Shown in pieces: positions 52,301-64,000 of a stretch of DNA of 64,000 bases. A program made the position numbers and the translations under genes. How positions within the stretch are numbered: the first letter of the stretch is position 1; every line of letters starts with the position of its first letter. The notes beneath the pieces are model-generated. The model did no database searches and was not told where the DNA came from. It worked only from the letters and a program-made list of their open reading frames with translations. Source of the DNA: Lingula anatina (taxonomy: Eukaryota > Animalia > Brachiopoda); contig CM120641.1 of NCBI GenBank assembly GCA_051362555.1, positions 22,010,001-22,074,000 of the forward strand. The letters are read 5' to 3'.

Positions 52301-53639
52301 TTTCCAAAATATAAAATCTTTTGCCTATCCTAATGAACTTTCAAATCTCATTTTTCCAAGGGCATTATCTCGTGCCTGATTGGATAAGTGCAATGCTATA
52401 TGTGCCTGCCGATAACGTCAGTACTAACACATTACAATCTTCTTTCCAGGAGTAGTCCAAACAACTACCACGTCCACAACGCCTGTCTCAACTACCACAA
52501 TCAAGAACCCAGCGACCCCTGCAGAAATATCAAGTCCAGAATTCATGTTCCTGGACTGGCAGCTGGCCCTCCTCATCACTGGCTGTATCATCGTGTTCTT
52601 CCTCATCATACTTCTCTGTGCAACTGTAAGCAGTTTACTATGTCAAAGATTATTTCAACTTAAAACTGGTATTTTGTGTTCATTTATTAGAATGAAGGCA
52701 GTAAGGCTACATGTTTTATTTATTGGTAAACCCACCCCCTAAAAATGAGAAAGGGGTAAAAAGAAAAGAAAAAAGATTTTAAAAAGTGACAAGTCAGTAA
52801 AATATCTCTGTCTTTACTTGGTCTTGGAATCAAATTTTTATGTGATATACCTTTTATTGTACAGTGTTGCACAAAATACCATCGCAAGAAGTCTGAACTT
52901 CGCAAGAAAGCCATATATCAACAGAGAATGAACGAAAAATCACAGTCGAACGCAGCATACGATAACTTCATACTGGCAGCCAAGGCGGCCCAGCCCCCTG
53001 AAGACTTCAGAGAGCTCGAGGAGATTCAGACGGCCAACCAGTACTTAAATATCATAGATGAGATAGCTAGTCCAGAAAACGAACTCAGCAGGGTACCAGG
53101 GCCATCTCAAAGTAATAGCGGCAGTTCGGGGAGTACGTCAGGGAGCGAATCTAACCTGGTAAATACCGCTTGTACATTATTTCTCCAGGCATTTTCCAAA
53201 ACGATTTCGGAATTTATAATTAAAAAAACAGGGACAAGTCCGTTAAACATATTACTTTCTGCCTCAAAATCGTTTAGTCTTTATTCGTACCCAAAGCCAC
53301 TGAAATAAATTCAGAATTGAACTGGATGAAAAAAGTTCTGATTTGTACATTTTTCACTATTTGCAATAAGGCAACCTTTACATAATTCAAAGGAATGGCT
53401 TTTTTGCCTTCAAAACCGTGATTCAGAGTAAAAAGGTATTTGCTTAAAGTAATTGACTTTGGTTAAATTTGGTACACTTGTATTTTTACAGTTTCTCACA
53501 ATTTGTTGTTTATCCGTTTCAGGCTACTAGCTCCAAAAACTACGAAAAAGGATATGACAATAAAGTGATAATTTACACGGACGATGAAACAAAGACTTAT
53601 TACGACCAAGTGGCTGAAACGTGGGAAACTCATATGTGA
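30963..53639 (+). CDS. Giant type I transmembrane mucin: signal peptide, 3x(PTS repeat + SEA), TM, cytoplasmic tail; 13 exons, about 3789 aa
   Basis: Exons 30963-31035 (signal MYAIHVQCLISVILFFGFNTCMAQ), 37990-41918, 42334-42389, 42607-42758, 44343-46195, 46363-46418, 46606-46757, 46874-51171, 51473-51540, 51914-52059, 52450-52625 (TM WQLALLITGCIIVFFLIILLCAT), 52865-53158, 53523-53639 total 11370 nt in frame. SEA motifs are LSPGSIKV, LSNGSIIV and FSNGSVVT; the C-terminus is WETHM. The link of exon 1 across a 7-kb intron is the least certain part. Confidence 0.85.
36997..37444. mobile_element. Non-autonomous TIR DNA transposon (hAT-like) with 14-bp perfect TIRs and a 5-bp TSD
   Basis: cagggccgtagcct ... 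aggctacggccctg, flanked by ATCGT at 36992-36996 and 37445-37449, with internal G-rich hairpins. Confidence 0.85.
38380..41460 (+). repeat. Mucin PTS array 1: 96-bp (32-aa) coding tandem repeat
   Basis: Unit TTTTSTTTAPTTSTTATPSTTTSTTISSTTVP, with a period of 96 nt (e.g. 38821 vs 38917). Confidence 0.9.
42067..42257. mobile_element. MITE with about 60-bp TIRs in mucin intron 2
   Basis: taaggccacattcagaacagcgaactaactaatccgcgggtcaaatatggc pairs with gccatatttgatccgcggactggttagtccgctgttctgaatgcagcctta, with TA at both ends. Confidence 0.85.
43307..44033 (+). mobile_element. 5'-truncated L2/CR1-group LINE fragment (ORF2 C-terminus plus 3' tail)
   Basis: QIKRLQRVQNILARILTRTSMSNHITPVLKELH...APIYLSEL...RNLRS...FGDISFKSAGPKEWNLLP is the typical L2 post-RT region. 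It is frameshifted near 43675, and (TTA)n at 44011-44033 is a possible tail. Confidence 0.85.
44640..45240 (+). repeat. Mucin PTS array 2: 54-bp (18-aa) coding tandem repeat
   Basis: Unit TTTGSSTPSTASTTSSTM; ggatcc recurs every 54 nt (44675, 44729...). Confidence 0.9.
46990..50590 (+). repeat. Mucin PTS array 3: about 39-bp (13-aa) coding tandem repeat with an N-x-T sequon
   Basis: Unit STVAQNATSTTTM(A/P); catcaactgtagctcagaatgcaacatcaaccacgactatgg is repeated throughout. Confidence 0.9.
51573..51724. repeat. 74-bp tandem duplication in mucin intron 9
   Basis: ctttgaagagaatattataaaaagttacg...catacttaatatg occurs twice. Confidence 0.9.
51812..51941. repeat. 62-bp tandem duplication spanning the mucin exon 10 acceptor
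   Basis: tttgacatattcggccaaaatacatgctttat(a/c)ttttcagtaatggtagcgtagtgacgaca occurs twice. Confidence 0.95.
52117..52272. repeat. 83-bp-period tandem duplication in mucin intron 10
   Basis: tatg.gtatcagaaat.agtatctgtaaagga.ctgtactacaggcttactagtacttatt.acatttaatat occurs twice. Confidence 0.9.
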
Positions 53640-56244
53640 TTTTATGACAAGAGTTTTACATAAATCATAATATAAGAGTTTTACATGAATCCAAATATTT
53701 TAATTTCATTGTTATACATTTCGTTTCATAAAAACACAAAACGTCCTCTTGCATCATTGTAAATATTATGGATTACACAGTAAAACTCGCATCATCCTCA
53801 TTCATAACTTCATCAGTCGCGAGATTAAGGGTTGTTTTTTAGAAAGCCTTTTTATTGGTATGAGAGGAGAATCGTAAGGATCTTTTCTGCTCTGGGAAAT
53901 CTGGTCACCCATCCTTATTTAGCTTTGCCAATTTCCACTCACTTCTTAAGCGGAGTCCAATTACATAGGGAGTGAGTGAATGAGGGATTGACGCGGTCGC
54001 ACCAGCACAGAAACTGAGAGGTATTGTTAAGATAAGTTGAATATACGTTAGAAATGAATGAAGAGTTTGAAGACGCGATGGTCTCTGCTAGACCGCTCAC
54101 AAGTGGATGTGCTGGTGCTCCATGTAAACGCATGTAATACTAGTATATCCAAAACAGTACATACACGAACGTCCACATACTTTTTTCGTCCTTGTTTTAT
54201 TGTACTGATCACAATGGGTATTTAGTTGGCATCGACTTTTATATACATACAATATTATATATTAGTATTTGTTTTATTTTGTACAGAAAATAGGCCTATC
54301 TCGTGTTTAATGTGATGATTCAAATGTTAAACATCTATATTAGGATTACACGTACGTAGGTCTATTTATATAATGAATAGTTTTTATGACAATTGCCTAC
54401 GTATTTATTCATACTTTAAATTATATAGTAAGCACAAATAAAATCAGTACATTGCATAATCCATATCCTGATCCACATCCTGCAATTGAGGGAAGTCTCA
54501 TTATTAAGAAGGCCAGTGAGTACAGGCGTGACATGTACTCATACAAAAGTTATCATACTGTCCGCATCGCAATTTTTAATGGAAGCTGCCGAGGCAGCCC
54601 TGTTTTAGAGAAATAGATATTGTACAATAAAATTCTTTTTTATACATGTAGTTAAATATGTTTGTTTATTTTATTTTATTTTAAAGGACCACAATTTAAA
54701 TGCCTAGGTTCAGGAATTTATTGTATTCATTCATTTATTGTAAAAGTTATTACGTAGTACATCTGAAATATATAACAGCGCATTTACTTGAAAGGGTTTG
54801 CTTCATGCCGTCAGAATGGCCTGAACGGAACATATTCTTCAGAAAACATGCCCAACTAACGATATCTTTATCCAAATACACAAATTAAAAGCTCATTTTG
54901 TAAATTTTTGGCTTTAAAAAACGTCCTATTTGCTCGGCCTGGGAGTTAATGAGCTACGTGGTCACGTGGTCCAATGACGACAATCGAGCCACTGGAGAAC
55001 AGAGCGTGCTTAGCTGTCAAACTGAGCTGCATTGTCTACCTGTAAGATGACTTCTCTGGCTTCTGATAAAAGTTTATACTCATTCAAATCTCTTACCCGA
55101 GGGGTCTAAATCCTGAAGCTGTGTAAAACCATTTCCCGTCTAGTCATTTCTTTAACAAGCATTTCATTATGGTTATCCCAAGTTGTATAAAACACTGCAT
55201 TTGAATGAGTTAAGGGAAATGTTGATTATTGCATATGAGGTCCATGTTATTTGTGAAATTCAATTTATTTTATTAAACCGCTGACACTCCGTCTTGCATA
55301 CTTTTATTAAACTGAGGTAAACAATGCCCGTTACCTTTACAAGTCCTATCTTAATCATCCATCTACCTGGAACTTCCTTTACCTCTTAATTAGAGGGTTA
55401 AATGGCATTCAATTTGTCTTGCTTGTATCGAACGCACTCTCTATCTAAGCTTTACTCCAGTTATCTCAGGTAAAAATCTACCTGTGCGTTAGTTACAAAG
55501 CGCAGCTCCCGTAGACCTGGGGGTACTAGATAAAATCTGAACACCAGGTTTATCGAGGAGCTAGAGAAAGAAAGGAAGAATTTTTCCTGCACAACTTCAT
55601 AGGAATTTTAACACGGACTTGATCCAGCTTAGACCTCCAAACTAACAGGGTGACATGGGCAATTTTCACAAACAAATCATAAAACTATATTTCAGTTAAC
55701 CGCCTTTAAAATAAATATACCGTTCTGGGTAAATTAAAATAGTTATTAAATCGCAAGCATATTTTTGACTTAAATGATGATTTTATTATTAATGGAAATT
55801 AAGCTACTATATGAGGTACATTTGCTGTGATTACGCTGTCCTTCATGTTTTGCGTAAGTCTACATTTTGCTGTATGTGCTTGTAATCTTTTTAAATATGT
55901 GCGTACAATTTTTGCAGGTCTGGTTACCCCCTGTTATGTGATGAGAGTATTAATTTGGCAATTAGTTCCTTAGCTTATTTGAATAGAATTGCAGTGTAAA
56001 ATTTTCAACAAGATGTTGGCGAAATAGCCCATTACTCTTTGTAGGTATTTCCCCCGTCAAAGTTTGTCTAAAATTATCTTTCAATCTTTACTCTTTCAAA
56101 GACAGTATAAAGTTACCTGACATATTTTCGTGTAAACTTAATGACAAGCCAAGTGTCTCCAGTTCATTCCGTACTCAATTTTACCCAAGCAAATTTTTTT
56201 ATTGAGTAGATCTTTATAGCACGTTGTTATAAGCTTACAAATTT

Positions 56245-56280
<36 letters not shown>

Positions 56281-57800
56281 CGTACTGACGCAGAATTTGC
56301 GTTTCAAGTTATAAAATAATCAATCTTTTAAATTATTTAATATTTCAGATGAAATAATCTTCAGAAACAAATCCTCAAAGCATAAACGAATTAGGATAAC
56401 GAACCATTTTATTATAGCAGTTCCCATTTTTTCTTTAATATAACGCTCTTTTTCTGTTTTTCCTCAACACGTTTTCTTCCACGGAAGCTTCAAGATACCC
56501 TGAGAGCAATTTCTTTTATTAATGTTCTCGACCGTGTTTGAACTTAATTGTTTAAGTATTGATATTTAACGTCATTTACAAATACCAATAAAATAACCCC
56601 ATGAAATAAATGAGATATATTGAAAAATATGAAAGCCCACCAAGACGAGTTTCATACCTGTTATTACCTGGCTTGGGAATTGCAGCGGTGCATAATTAAC
56701 AGGTTTGTTGTAAACGAGCTTTTGGTCAACTACAATGCATTTAAAATGCATCAGCAATCAGTAAGTTTGCCAACTGATGACAGTTAATCTGAAAGACTAC
56801 CAGCTCTTGATATGATCTAAACCACCTGAGGTGACCATGATCTAGAGCATCGCAACTATTGTCACCGAAGTTAGTAAGTAAGTCACGGAAGACCGTCACA
56901 GACAAAGAAAGATTGTCAACGAGAGCTGCAATTTTGGTGAATCCCACGGCAACACACCGAGGCATAACGAAAATTCCTCAACTCCGTTCAACACAACTTT
57001 CCTTAACTTCTCCGTCTGTATGCACCTGCAGCTCAGTTGAGTCTCATAGACCTTTATCGTGATTGTCGTCACAGTACCACGTGACCCAGATCTGTTGCTT
57101 CATTTTTGCATATTGAGGTGAGGTTTACTAAAACGCTTTTTTTTCTACTAATAGATTGTTTTTATAATTTTTAAATGGCGGGGATCGATTAAAACATACC
57201 TCTAGTGTATAGATTGAGTGCTGTATCTTCAAAATTCGAGAAATGGATTTTTACATGAACATTGTCCTTGAACACTATTAATAACCAATATATGTAATTC
57301 CTCTCCTGCTTCTAAGTACATCTTTGTAGGGGCAGGCATTTGAAAACTGGCCTCTACTTAAACAAAGTAAGCTCCATTAAACATCACCGCCTGTTAGGGG
57401 ACGGCCTGAAACGTCCTAAAATAGTAAAATAAAATCATTAGACCTTGTTAGATCACGATTGCAACAAAATCGTACAGATTATGTGATAAGGTTGGAAAAT
57501 GAATTGTTTACATCTTGTAAGTTACAAATTAGACGATATCTAAGTAATCTATTTACATTTCACTGTGTCAAACAATTCAATAGTGGCGCCTACTGGAATT
57601 TGGTACACTTAATATATCACAGTGACTAAGGTAAGCACACTCAGGCACTACTCCGCGATCTGATAACCAAAATTATCAGGATAAGTTCAAATAAAAGGCC
57701 ATTAGTTATTTACTTCCCCATTGCAATACCACAGGTACTGGTATATTACTAATGTACATTCAGGTAATTATTTGACATAGTAGGGATACTCAGATCGCTG

Positions 57801-60778
57801 ATGACGAAACTGAAACACTTCCTCTTGGTGAACGCTGTGTGCTTTCTTTTGACTCAAGCATGGGCTCAGTCCACCGCAGCAGCGCCTGTAGGACAAGGTA
57901 AGTAGCCACGTCCTTCGGTCTTATTGTCTTATTGTCACATGTCTAAAATTTTCAAGTAGACCGGACATTAAACTATTAAAATGTTAACCTGTTCAGTCCG
58001 CAACTGTCTCCCCTCTTAAAAGTGATACAATAACATTCCCTGAAGGATCCAGAGGTGGGAACGACATCTTTTAAAGCTAAATTGTTTATTCAGTCGCCCG
58101 CCATCCCACCAAAGGAGGAGGGGGAGGTTAGGGAGTCGAGACACCATCTGAGGACGCAGAATTATGTTTCATAACCTTCAATTATCATTGGGGTAAATTG
58201 GAAAATAAACTTTTCTAAATCCACTAGCGACAAGTACCCTCAAAATGATGACGATAGTGTTATTATACTGGAATGTCCGTCGTTTATTTATGCTATGCCT
58301 ACAGAACCAATCATAATTGACGATTGTTTTATGATCTGAAGTAATGATAATACATGCATTCACAAAGATAACTCATAATTCAAAATTCTGATGATGGTAT
58401 AATAAGTTGTTTGACTGTTTACAAACAAACATAAACGACAAATACAGTGTACGTGCACTTTATACAAATGTAGTTTACACTGAATCGTATGTTCTTATGC
58501 CCACTGGCTGTTAGTTTACAATATCTATCTTATCATTAGAAACACAACATATATACTAACCACTGTATTACAGTAATGTTCAGATTTTAACTTGTCTAAG
58601 GATGCGGGACCACCGAGTTCTCCAGCCAAACAGGTGTGATAACATCCCCGGGATATTGTGGACAGGGGGCCTGTCAGTATCCACCCAGTATCACGTGCTG
58701 GTATACGGTCTCTGTCCCCGGTAATTATGCACGGATTTTTCGACTTTCTTCTTAATATGTTTCTGAATAGATATTTAGTTTTTATTTTCTAATCCAGTAA
58801 CGGGATATATAATAAATTTTAGACACCTAGCTGGGTTCTTTTCTTGTGGTATTGAATTATCTCGAATCAATTGTCTTTTTTAATATCCAGTAAAATGCCT
58901 CTAGGGAATATTATCGTCACATATATCATATTAGCACGACCTGCCTAATAACTGTAAGGATTTTTAAAAAATTATCTTTCCTTTTGAAGGTGCATGCAAA
59001 ATAGATCTTATTTTCACGAATTTTGATTTGGAAAATGGAGGATGCAATTATGACTTTCTGAACATAAGCTTCAAGCATTTGGGGTCTACCAATTCTACCA
59101 CATTTTGCGACAGTAAATCATCTGTGACAGCACCACAGTTAAACGTGACATCTATTGTTATAGAGGACAACAGTTTTAATATGACATTTGTCAGTGACAG
59201 TTCGTCTACAGAAAAAGGGTTTCGTTTGGAGTATGAAGGATATTTGTGCACGACTCTCGCGCAGACAGACGACACCACAGAACACCACGAAACAACTAGA
59301 GAAGTCACTACTTTACACTGGCCTGCGATTACGTCTGAAACAATATTAATACCAAAAACAACTCAAAAGACAACTGCAATATTCAAAGCAATTTCAACAG
59401 CACAAAATAAAGTAACTGCAGCGATAACAGTGCCCAAAACAACAACAATGCAGTCATTTGCGTCATTTGTGTCAACTCGGCAACTTCAAACCAGTCCAAG
59501 TGCCATATTTATCTCTTCCAAAACTCTCTCAACAACTCGGAAATTTACGACGACATATGACAAGAAAACTTCGAGCTCTACAAATAAAGAGGTTACTACA
59601 TCGAAAATGGGAAATTCTGATTCAGACAGGGGGTCCCAAAACAAGAACCCAATGATAAATTACCCCGTCTGGAGCTGGGTTCTCATTGCTGTAGGAGTGT
59701 GTTTGCTGGTGGTGGTAGCGATTGTGTTTGCGGTGCTGTACACGAAGAGGAAAAGGTGAGAGTACCCGTTATTGATTGCAAGGTGGAGATGTAACCCTAA
59801 GCATTATTACTAAATGGAGGGCGGACTTTCTGTTTGACGGGCCCTCAGTTTCGTTACACTTGATCTGTGGCCAGCAGTTTGTAAAGGTTTCCTTTTTCTG
59901 AACAGTGAACCTTTTTTTTACAAGGAAACGTGTATTCATAGAATCTAGATGAAATTTTGAATTAGAGTGGTCCTTTTCCCGATAAAACGGTCTTTCTTCA
60001 AAGCCCAGGGACCCTCCACCAATTGACTTTATTCTTCAAATAAGATTTAACAGGTAGAATTTTATGAAGGATTAGGCCTAGATATTGAAACCAACTGAAA
60101 CAAGCTTAAGAGCGTCTCCTTCCCCAATCAACATCCTCTTATAAGTATCAACAACAATCCTGTTTATCGAACTTGTTTTGTTTTCTTTTCAGAGACAATC
60201 AGCCTCGTGAATATAGTGACATGGATGATGATTCTATCATGGTGTCTAATCAGCCGAATTCAAAACCGCCTGAGCTAGTACGCTATGAAGCACGGTAAAC
60301 CAATTACGTGAACTCTGAACTTATTAGTTTATTATCGGGTGGCGAACGAGCGGAACACCGCCAGCAACCCCTCCCCCCCCCTCCCCAACCACCACTTCCA
60401 AACTTAATCAGATTTTGGACCCATATATTTTCACTGCTACGTGTATCATTACTTACGAGCGTCCTCTGGAAGGGGGTGCGTAAGTTGGTTGTTCGGACGT
60501 TTTATTTATTTTTTTTTTGGGGGGGGGGGGGGGAGAGGGGCTTTTTCTCGCGTTATTGGGGAGATTTAGGAAGGAAATTCTGTGTGTGGGAAATTACAGA
60601 GACAGGACGTGTGTCTGTGTTTGTCATAAGGAACGAGTTTGTGGTTGATTTTTAATTGTCTCTTCCTTTGAAATTTTGTCACAGTTTTTCCTTTCTTTTC
60701 AGAAATTCAGAGCAAAACAGCAAGGTTAGCTTCGGAGTCGAAGTCACCATATTTTCAAATGGAGCATTTGTACATTAG
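57801..60778 (+). CDS. Type I membrane protein: signal peptide, CUB domain, S/T-rich stalk, TM, cytoplasmic tail; 5 exons, 386 aa
   Basis: Exons 57801-57897 (MTKLKHFLLVNAVCFLLTQAWA), 58601-58720 (CGTTEF..GVITSPGY..YPPSITCWYTV), 58990-59755 (IDLIFTNFDLE..CNYDFL..FVSDSSSTEKGFRLEY; TM VWSWVLIAVGVCLLVVVAIVFAVLY), 60193-60294 and 60703-60778 total 1161 nt in frame. Confidence 0.85.
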
Positions 60779-60965
60779 ATACACGGACCTTATGGTTATG
60801 TCTATAAATAACTGGTCGCACAATGCAGAATTAGTACAAGTGCTTCATATTCATTCGATATTTAAGAGCGCTATAGTCTTCGTATTGCATGTTCTTAATT
60901 GCCGCTTAAAATTATTTTAGGCAACAAATTGATTACCCAATTCACAAACAATTTAGGGCGTATTC

Positions 60966-60967
<2 letters not shown>

Positions 60968-61005
<38 letters not shown>
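60968..61005. repeat. (CT)n microsatellite
   Basis: Directly visible. Confidence 0.9.
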
Positions 61006-61008
<3 letters not shown>

Positions 61009-62007
61009 ATGTGTAATATTCGGAATATTGTGAACAGTGAAGTCAACAAGTGGCAATTTGAATCCTGTAGCGGGATTGCTTTTGGAGTTTATAGAAAGAG
61101 GCTTCATTCATTCCAGAGATACACAAGCATAAGTACTGGGTATATCCTGTTATATAGATAATATGAAAAAGAAAACTGAAAGGTAACAGGCATGAGTTAA
61201 CTGCTATTTATTGACTGAGGTGTAAATTTTATCAGTAATAAAGCTTCTCTTCGGTAATTACGAAGTTTCATTTTCGTCCTTATCATCAAAGTGAAACGAT
61301 GTCTCATCCACTCAGACAGCAAGAATCAACATCGAGGAGGAACTAGCGGATAGACGCAGTTAAAGTCCCTAAATGTGAGAATGACTCTCGTAATATGCAC
61401 CACGTGGACGTGACGTCGAGCCTTGATAGACAAGTGCTGTATGCAGAAAATGATATAGAACAGGGAAGGAGATTAGGAAGGGAAAGAGAGAAACAAGATA
61501 ACTGATGGAGCAGACAGTGATTTTTGAATGTGAGATAGGCGACCACAAGTTTGGGTGATAAAATGTATTAAACTTTGACAAATGCTGAGTCCCAGACTAT
61601 TGCAAAGGATGGAAAGAACAAGGGAGCATGCTGATTCACGAATATATTAGCTTTACGCAACTTCCGGGAGTCAAGTATTGTTCAAGTTATGTTCTCTCCT
61701 TTATGCACTTGTTTCCCTTTCATTTTGAACAGTGTTTTACCGCCTGTTTTTCCCTATCCTCTTTTAAAGGTCAATTTATGCACATACCGGTATATGACCC
61801 TTCGCCAAAACGAGCCTGGGCATAAGCATGTCTCCATCTTTCTCAAATATTTCCCCTTATCACTTAATCTCTAAGAGAAACAAGTCAAAATGCTGCATGA
61901 TCTGTAAGGTTAAAAAGTAGATCATATTTAAGGGGCATCATAACCGGCTTGCTTTTTAGTGGGGACGGTCAGATAAGTTAGCCTGCGGAGCATCTGTTCT
62001 GTAAGTG

Positions 62008-62145
62008 CCCTATATAGTGTAACTTATTAAAGTATAAATTACAAGTAACATACTGAAAGAATAAAAAAACCATAGTCCCTATATAGTGTAACTTATTAAA
62101 GTATAAATTACAAGTAACATACTGAAAGAATAAAAAACCATAGTC
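62008..62145. repeat. About 69-bp tandem duplication
   Basis: ccctatatagtgtaacttattaaagtataaattacaagtaacatactgaaagaataaaaaaccatagt occurs twice. Confidence 0.9.
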
Positions 62146-63061
62146 GTACATAAATTATTGCACCCACAGTGCTGCAGCTTCTTTTTATGTCAAAGTGTAA
62201 CCACTGTCATATCAGAAATTCATCTTTGTCAGTTATTTTCTCAGAAGTGCTGTGCTCTGTTAACTTGTATGACTTGCAAAATGCGGAGGAAAAATAAGTC
62301 TTTCAACCGGTAACAATTATAATTGATGTCTTCAATTAGGTATTTTTAAAGGCACGTTTTGGCAAACGTCAGTTGATGTTCCACCTAATCGTGTCCCCAT
62401 AATTACAAGTTCATGGTCCTGTAAATTGAAATAAATAACTACATAGACCATTAACTTCCGCTTTACTGTTTTTAATCCAATTCTTGGAATTGACATTTAT
62501 ATATAACACGCGTCCGTGGTTTTGTCATTTTCTAAAGGTAAGTAACTAAAAAAAAATTAGATCAGCTGCATTAGATTAATGAATAAATAATTGATACATA
62601 GATAGATAGAAAAATTAACAACTAAATGAAAGGAAGAAAGAAGAATGTATAGACAAAAACAAAGCAAAAAAATGGGATAATGGTTTATTGATGTTATTGA
62701 AATGGTTCACTTTAAATAACATTGCTATCTAGTCTCTTGTGAACCTCTTTAGCGAGTCCCCCAACCCCAACCCCCCGTCCAGGTACTGGGTTATTAGAGC
62801 TTCACGACAAAAAGTTTTTACTATGTGCGGAAAAGGCGAAAACAAAACCGAAACTTGAATATTCTACTAGGGCAGGAAGTGAATATTAGTCAATATAGCA
62901 CATGATTCATCTGTGGTTTGAAATCACATGCTATCTAGACTTCCCTATTTAATGTCTGAGCCGCAGTGTTCCTTGTCACTCGCAATAGCTAGCTTAGATT
63001 GGAGGCATCTTTAGACGATCTCTGGCGATACTAAATAGCTTTTTATACAGCAATACCAGCC

Positions 63062-63926
63062 ATGTTGAAGATCATACTCGTGGCAGTCGCAGTGGTTGTC
63101 TGCTGTAAAGGTGAGCAAGGATGATTAAGGTTTTACCTGTAAAGGAAAAACTATATAGTTTTGAATTTTTGAAAAGATTTTTTATTCAAAATAATGAAAA
63201 AAAAAACTTCCGAGTAATTAGGTTAGCATGTTGCATAAATAATATCATTCAAACAATTTGTTAATTGGTTGGTCTTTAGAAATCATCTTACGTTGACATT
63301 GCCAGTAATTTTTTCTTTACTTAAAATACTATAAACATTACTTTTTAATATAAAATAATCCTTTTTACTTTTTTATTTTTTATTATACAAAAAAAAGGGT
63401 TTAAGACTGTTCTATATTATTATTATTATTTCTCCTGTATTGTGTATTTTTGCCAAGTCTGTTGTGTTACTAGTCGACATTAGGAATTAAGATCTGGTTT
63501 ATAGTACAGTGTATAGTAGAGGTCATTTTTCTTGTTAAGTTGTATCGTGATAATAATGCACTTTGAAGTGATTTTGGAGCTTTTCCGTGATAGCACCTAA
63601 ATAAATTTCAGTGGTGCTTATTGTTAGATTCGGGGATGTATTCGTTTAAAAATATATATTTTCAGGTGTTGAATGTGCAGGAGGCGTGTTGAAATTTACC
63701 CAAGTAGACGTCCAACAGACGAGTAGCGTCAACAATGAGTTCGTAAACTGCATGGCCAAATGCCTAGGCCATTCTGTGGCTGAGATTGAAGAGTGGGTTG
63801 CGGAATGTGGGACCGACGTAAAATGCTGGTTGGAGAAAGTGGGTATTGAGGCAATCAAATGTGTCCCACGTTGTCTCTCTGTGGGAATAGACGTGAAGCG
63901 TGTCGATGATATCGCAACAGTCAGAG
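63062..63926 (+). CDS. Secreted cysteine-rich protein of unknown family, first two exons; the gene continues past the window
   Basis: Exon 63062-63110 encodes a signal-like MLKIILVAVAVVVCCKG (|gtgagc). Exon 63666-63926 (phase 1-1, |gtaaga) encodes ...FVNCMAKCLGHSVAEIEEWVAECGTDVKCWLEKVGIEAIKCVPRCLSVGIDVKRVDD... Confidence 0.8.
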
Positions 63927-64000
63927 GTAAGATTTGATAACTGAAAAAAAAAAAGAATATGAGGTATTTAAGTTTGGTGTGTGTGTGTGTGTGTGTGTGC

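Noticed and set aside
56741-57085. Minus-strand ORF starting MPRCVAVGF, like a THAP-domain transposase N-terminus
   Set aside because: The second Cys and downstream THAP residues are missing and no matching TIR pair was found. At most it is a decayed transposon relic.

Overview
AT-rich, intron-containing animal genomic DNA. The gene set and repeat types suggest a marine invertebrate such as a mollusc; this is inferred, not proven. I hand-spliced six protein-coding genes using GT-AG sites and phase checks. (1) The last two coding exons of a CELF3-6/Bruno-like RNA-binding gene (+), with a probable 3'UTR intron and long UTR. (2) A complete 12-exon CPEB1/Orb gene (+, 592 aa). (3) A 4-exon PEX11-gamma-type peroxin (-, about 238 aa). 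(4) A 13-exon type I transmembrane mucin (+, about 3789 aa) built from three PTS+SEA modules. (5) A 5-exon CUB/mucin-stalk/TM protein (+, 386 aa). (6) The first two exons of an unrecognised secreted six-Cys protein (+). Non-coding DNA holds several MITE-like elements, an L2-type LINE fragment and many short tandem duplications. Two of those duplications copy functional splice sites: a 52-bp minisatellite that multiplies a PEX11 donor about 8 times, and a 62-bp duplication of a mucin acceptor at the SEA cleavage motif. No prokaryotic system, CRISPR array, tRNA or rRNA was seen. All exon models are predictions without transcript data.
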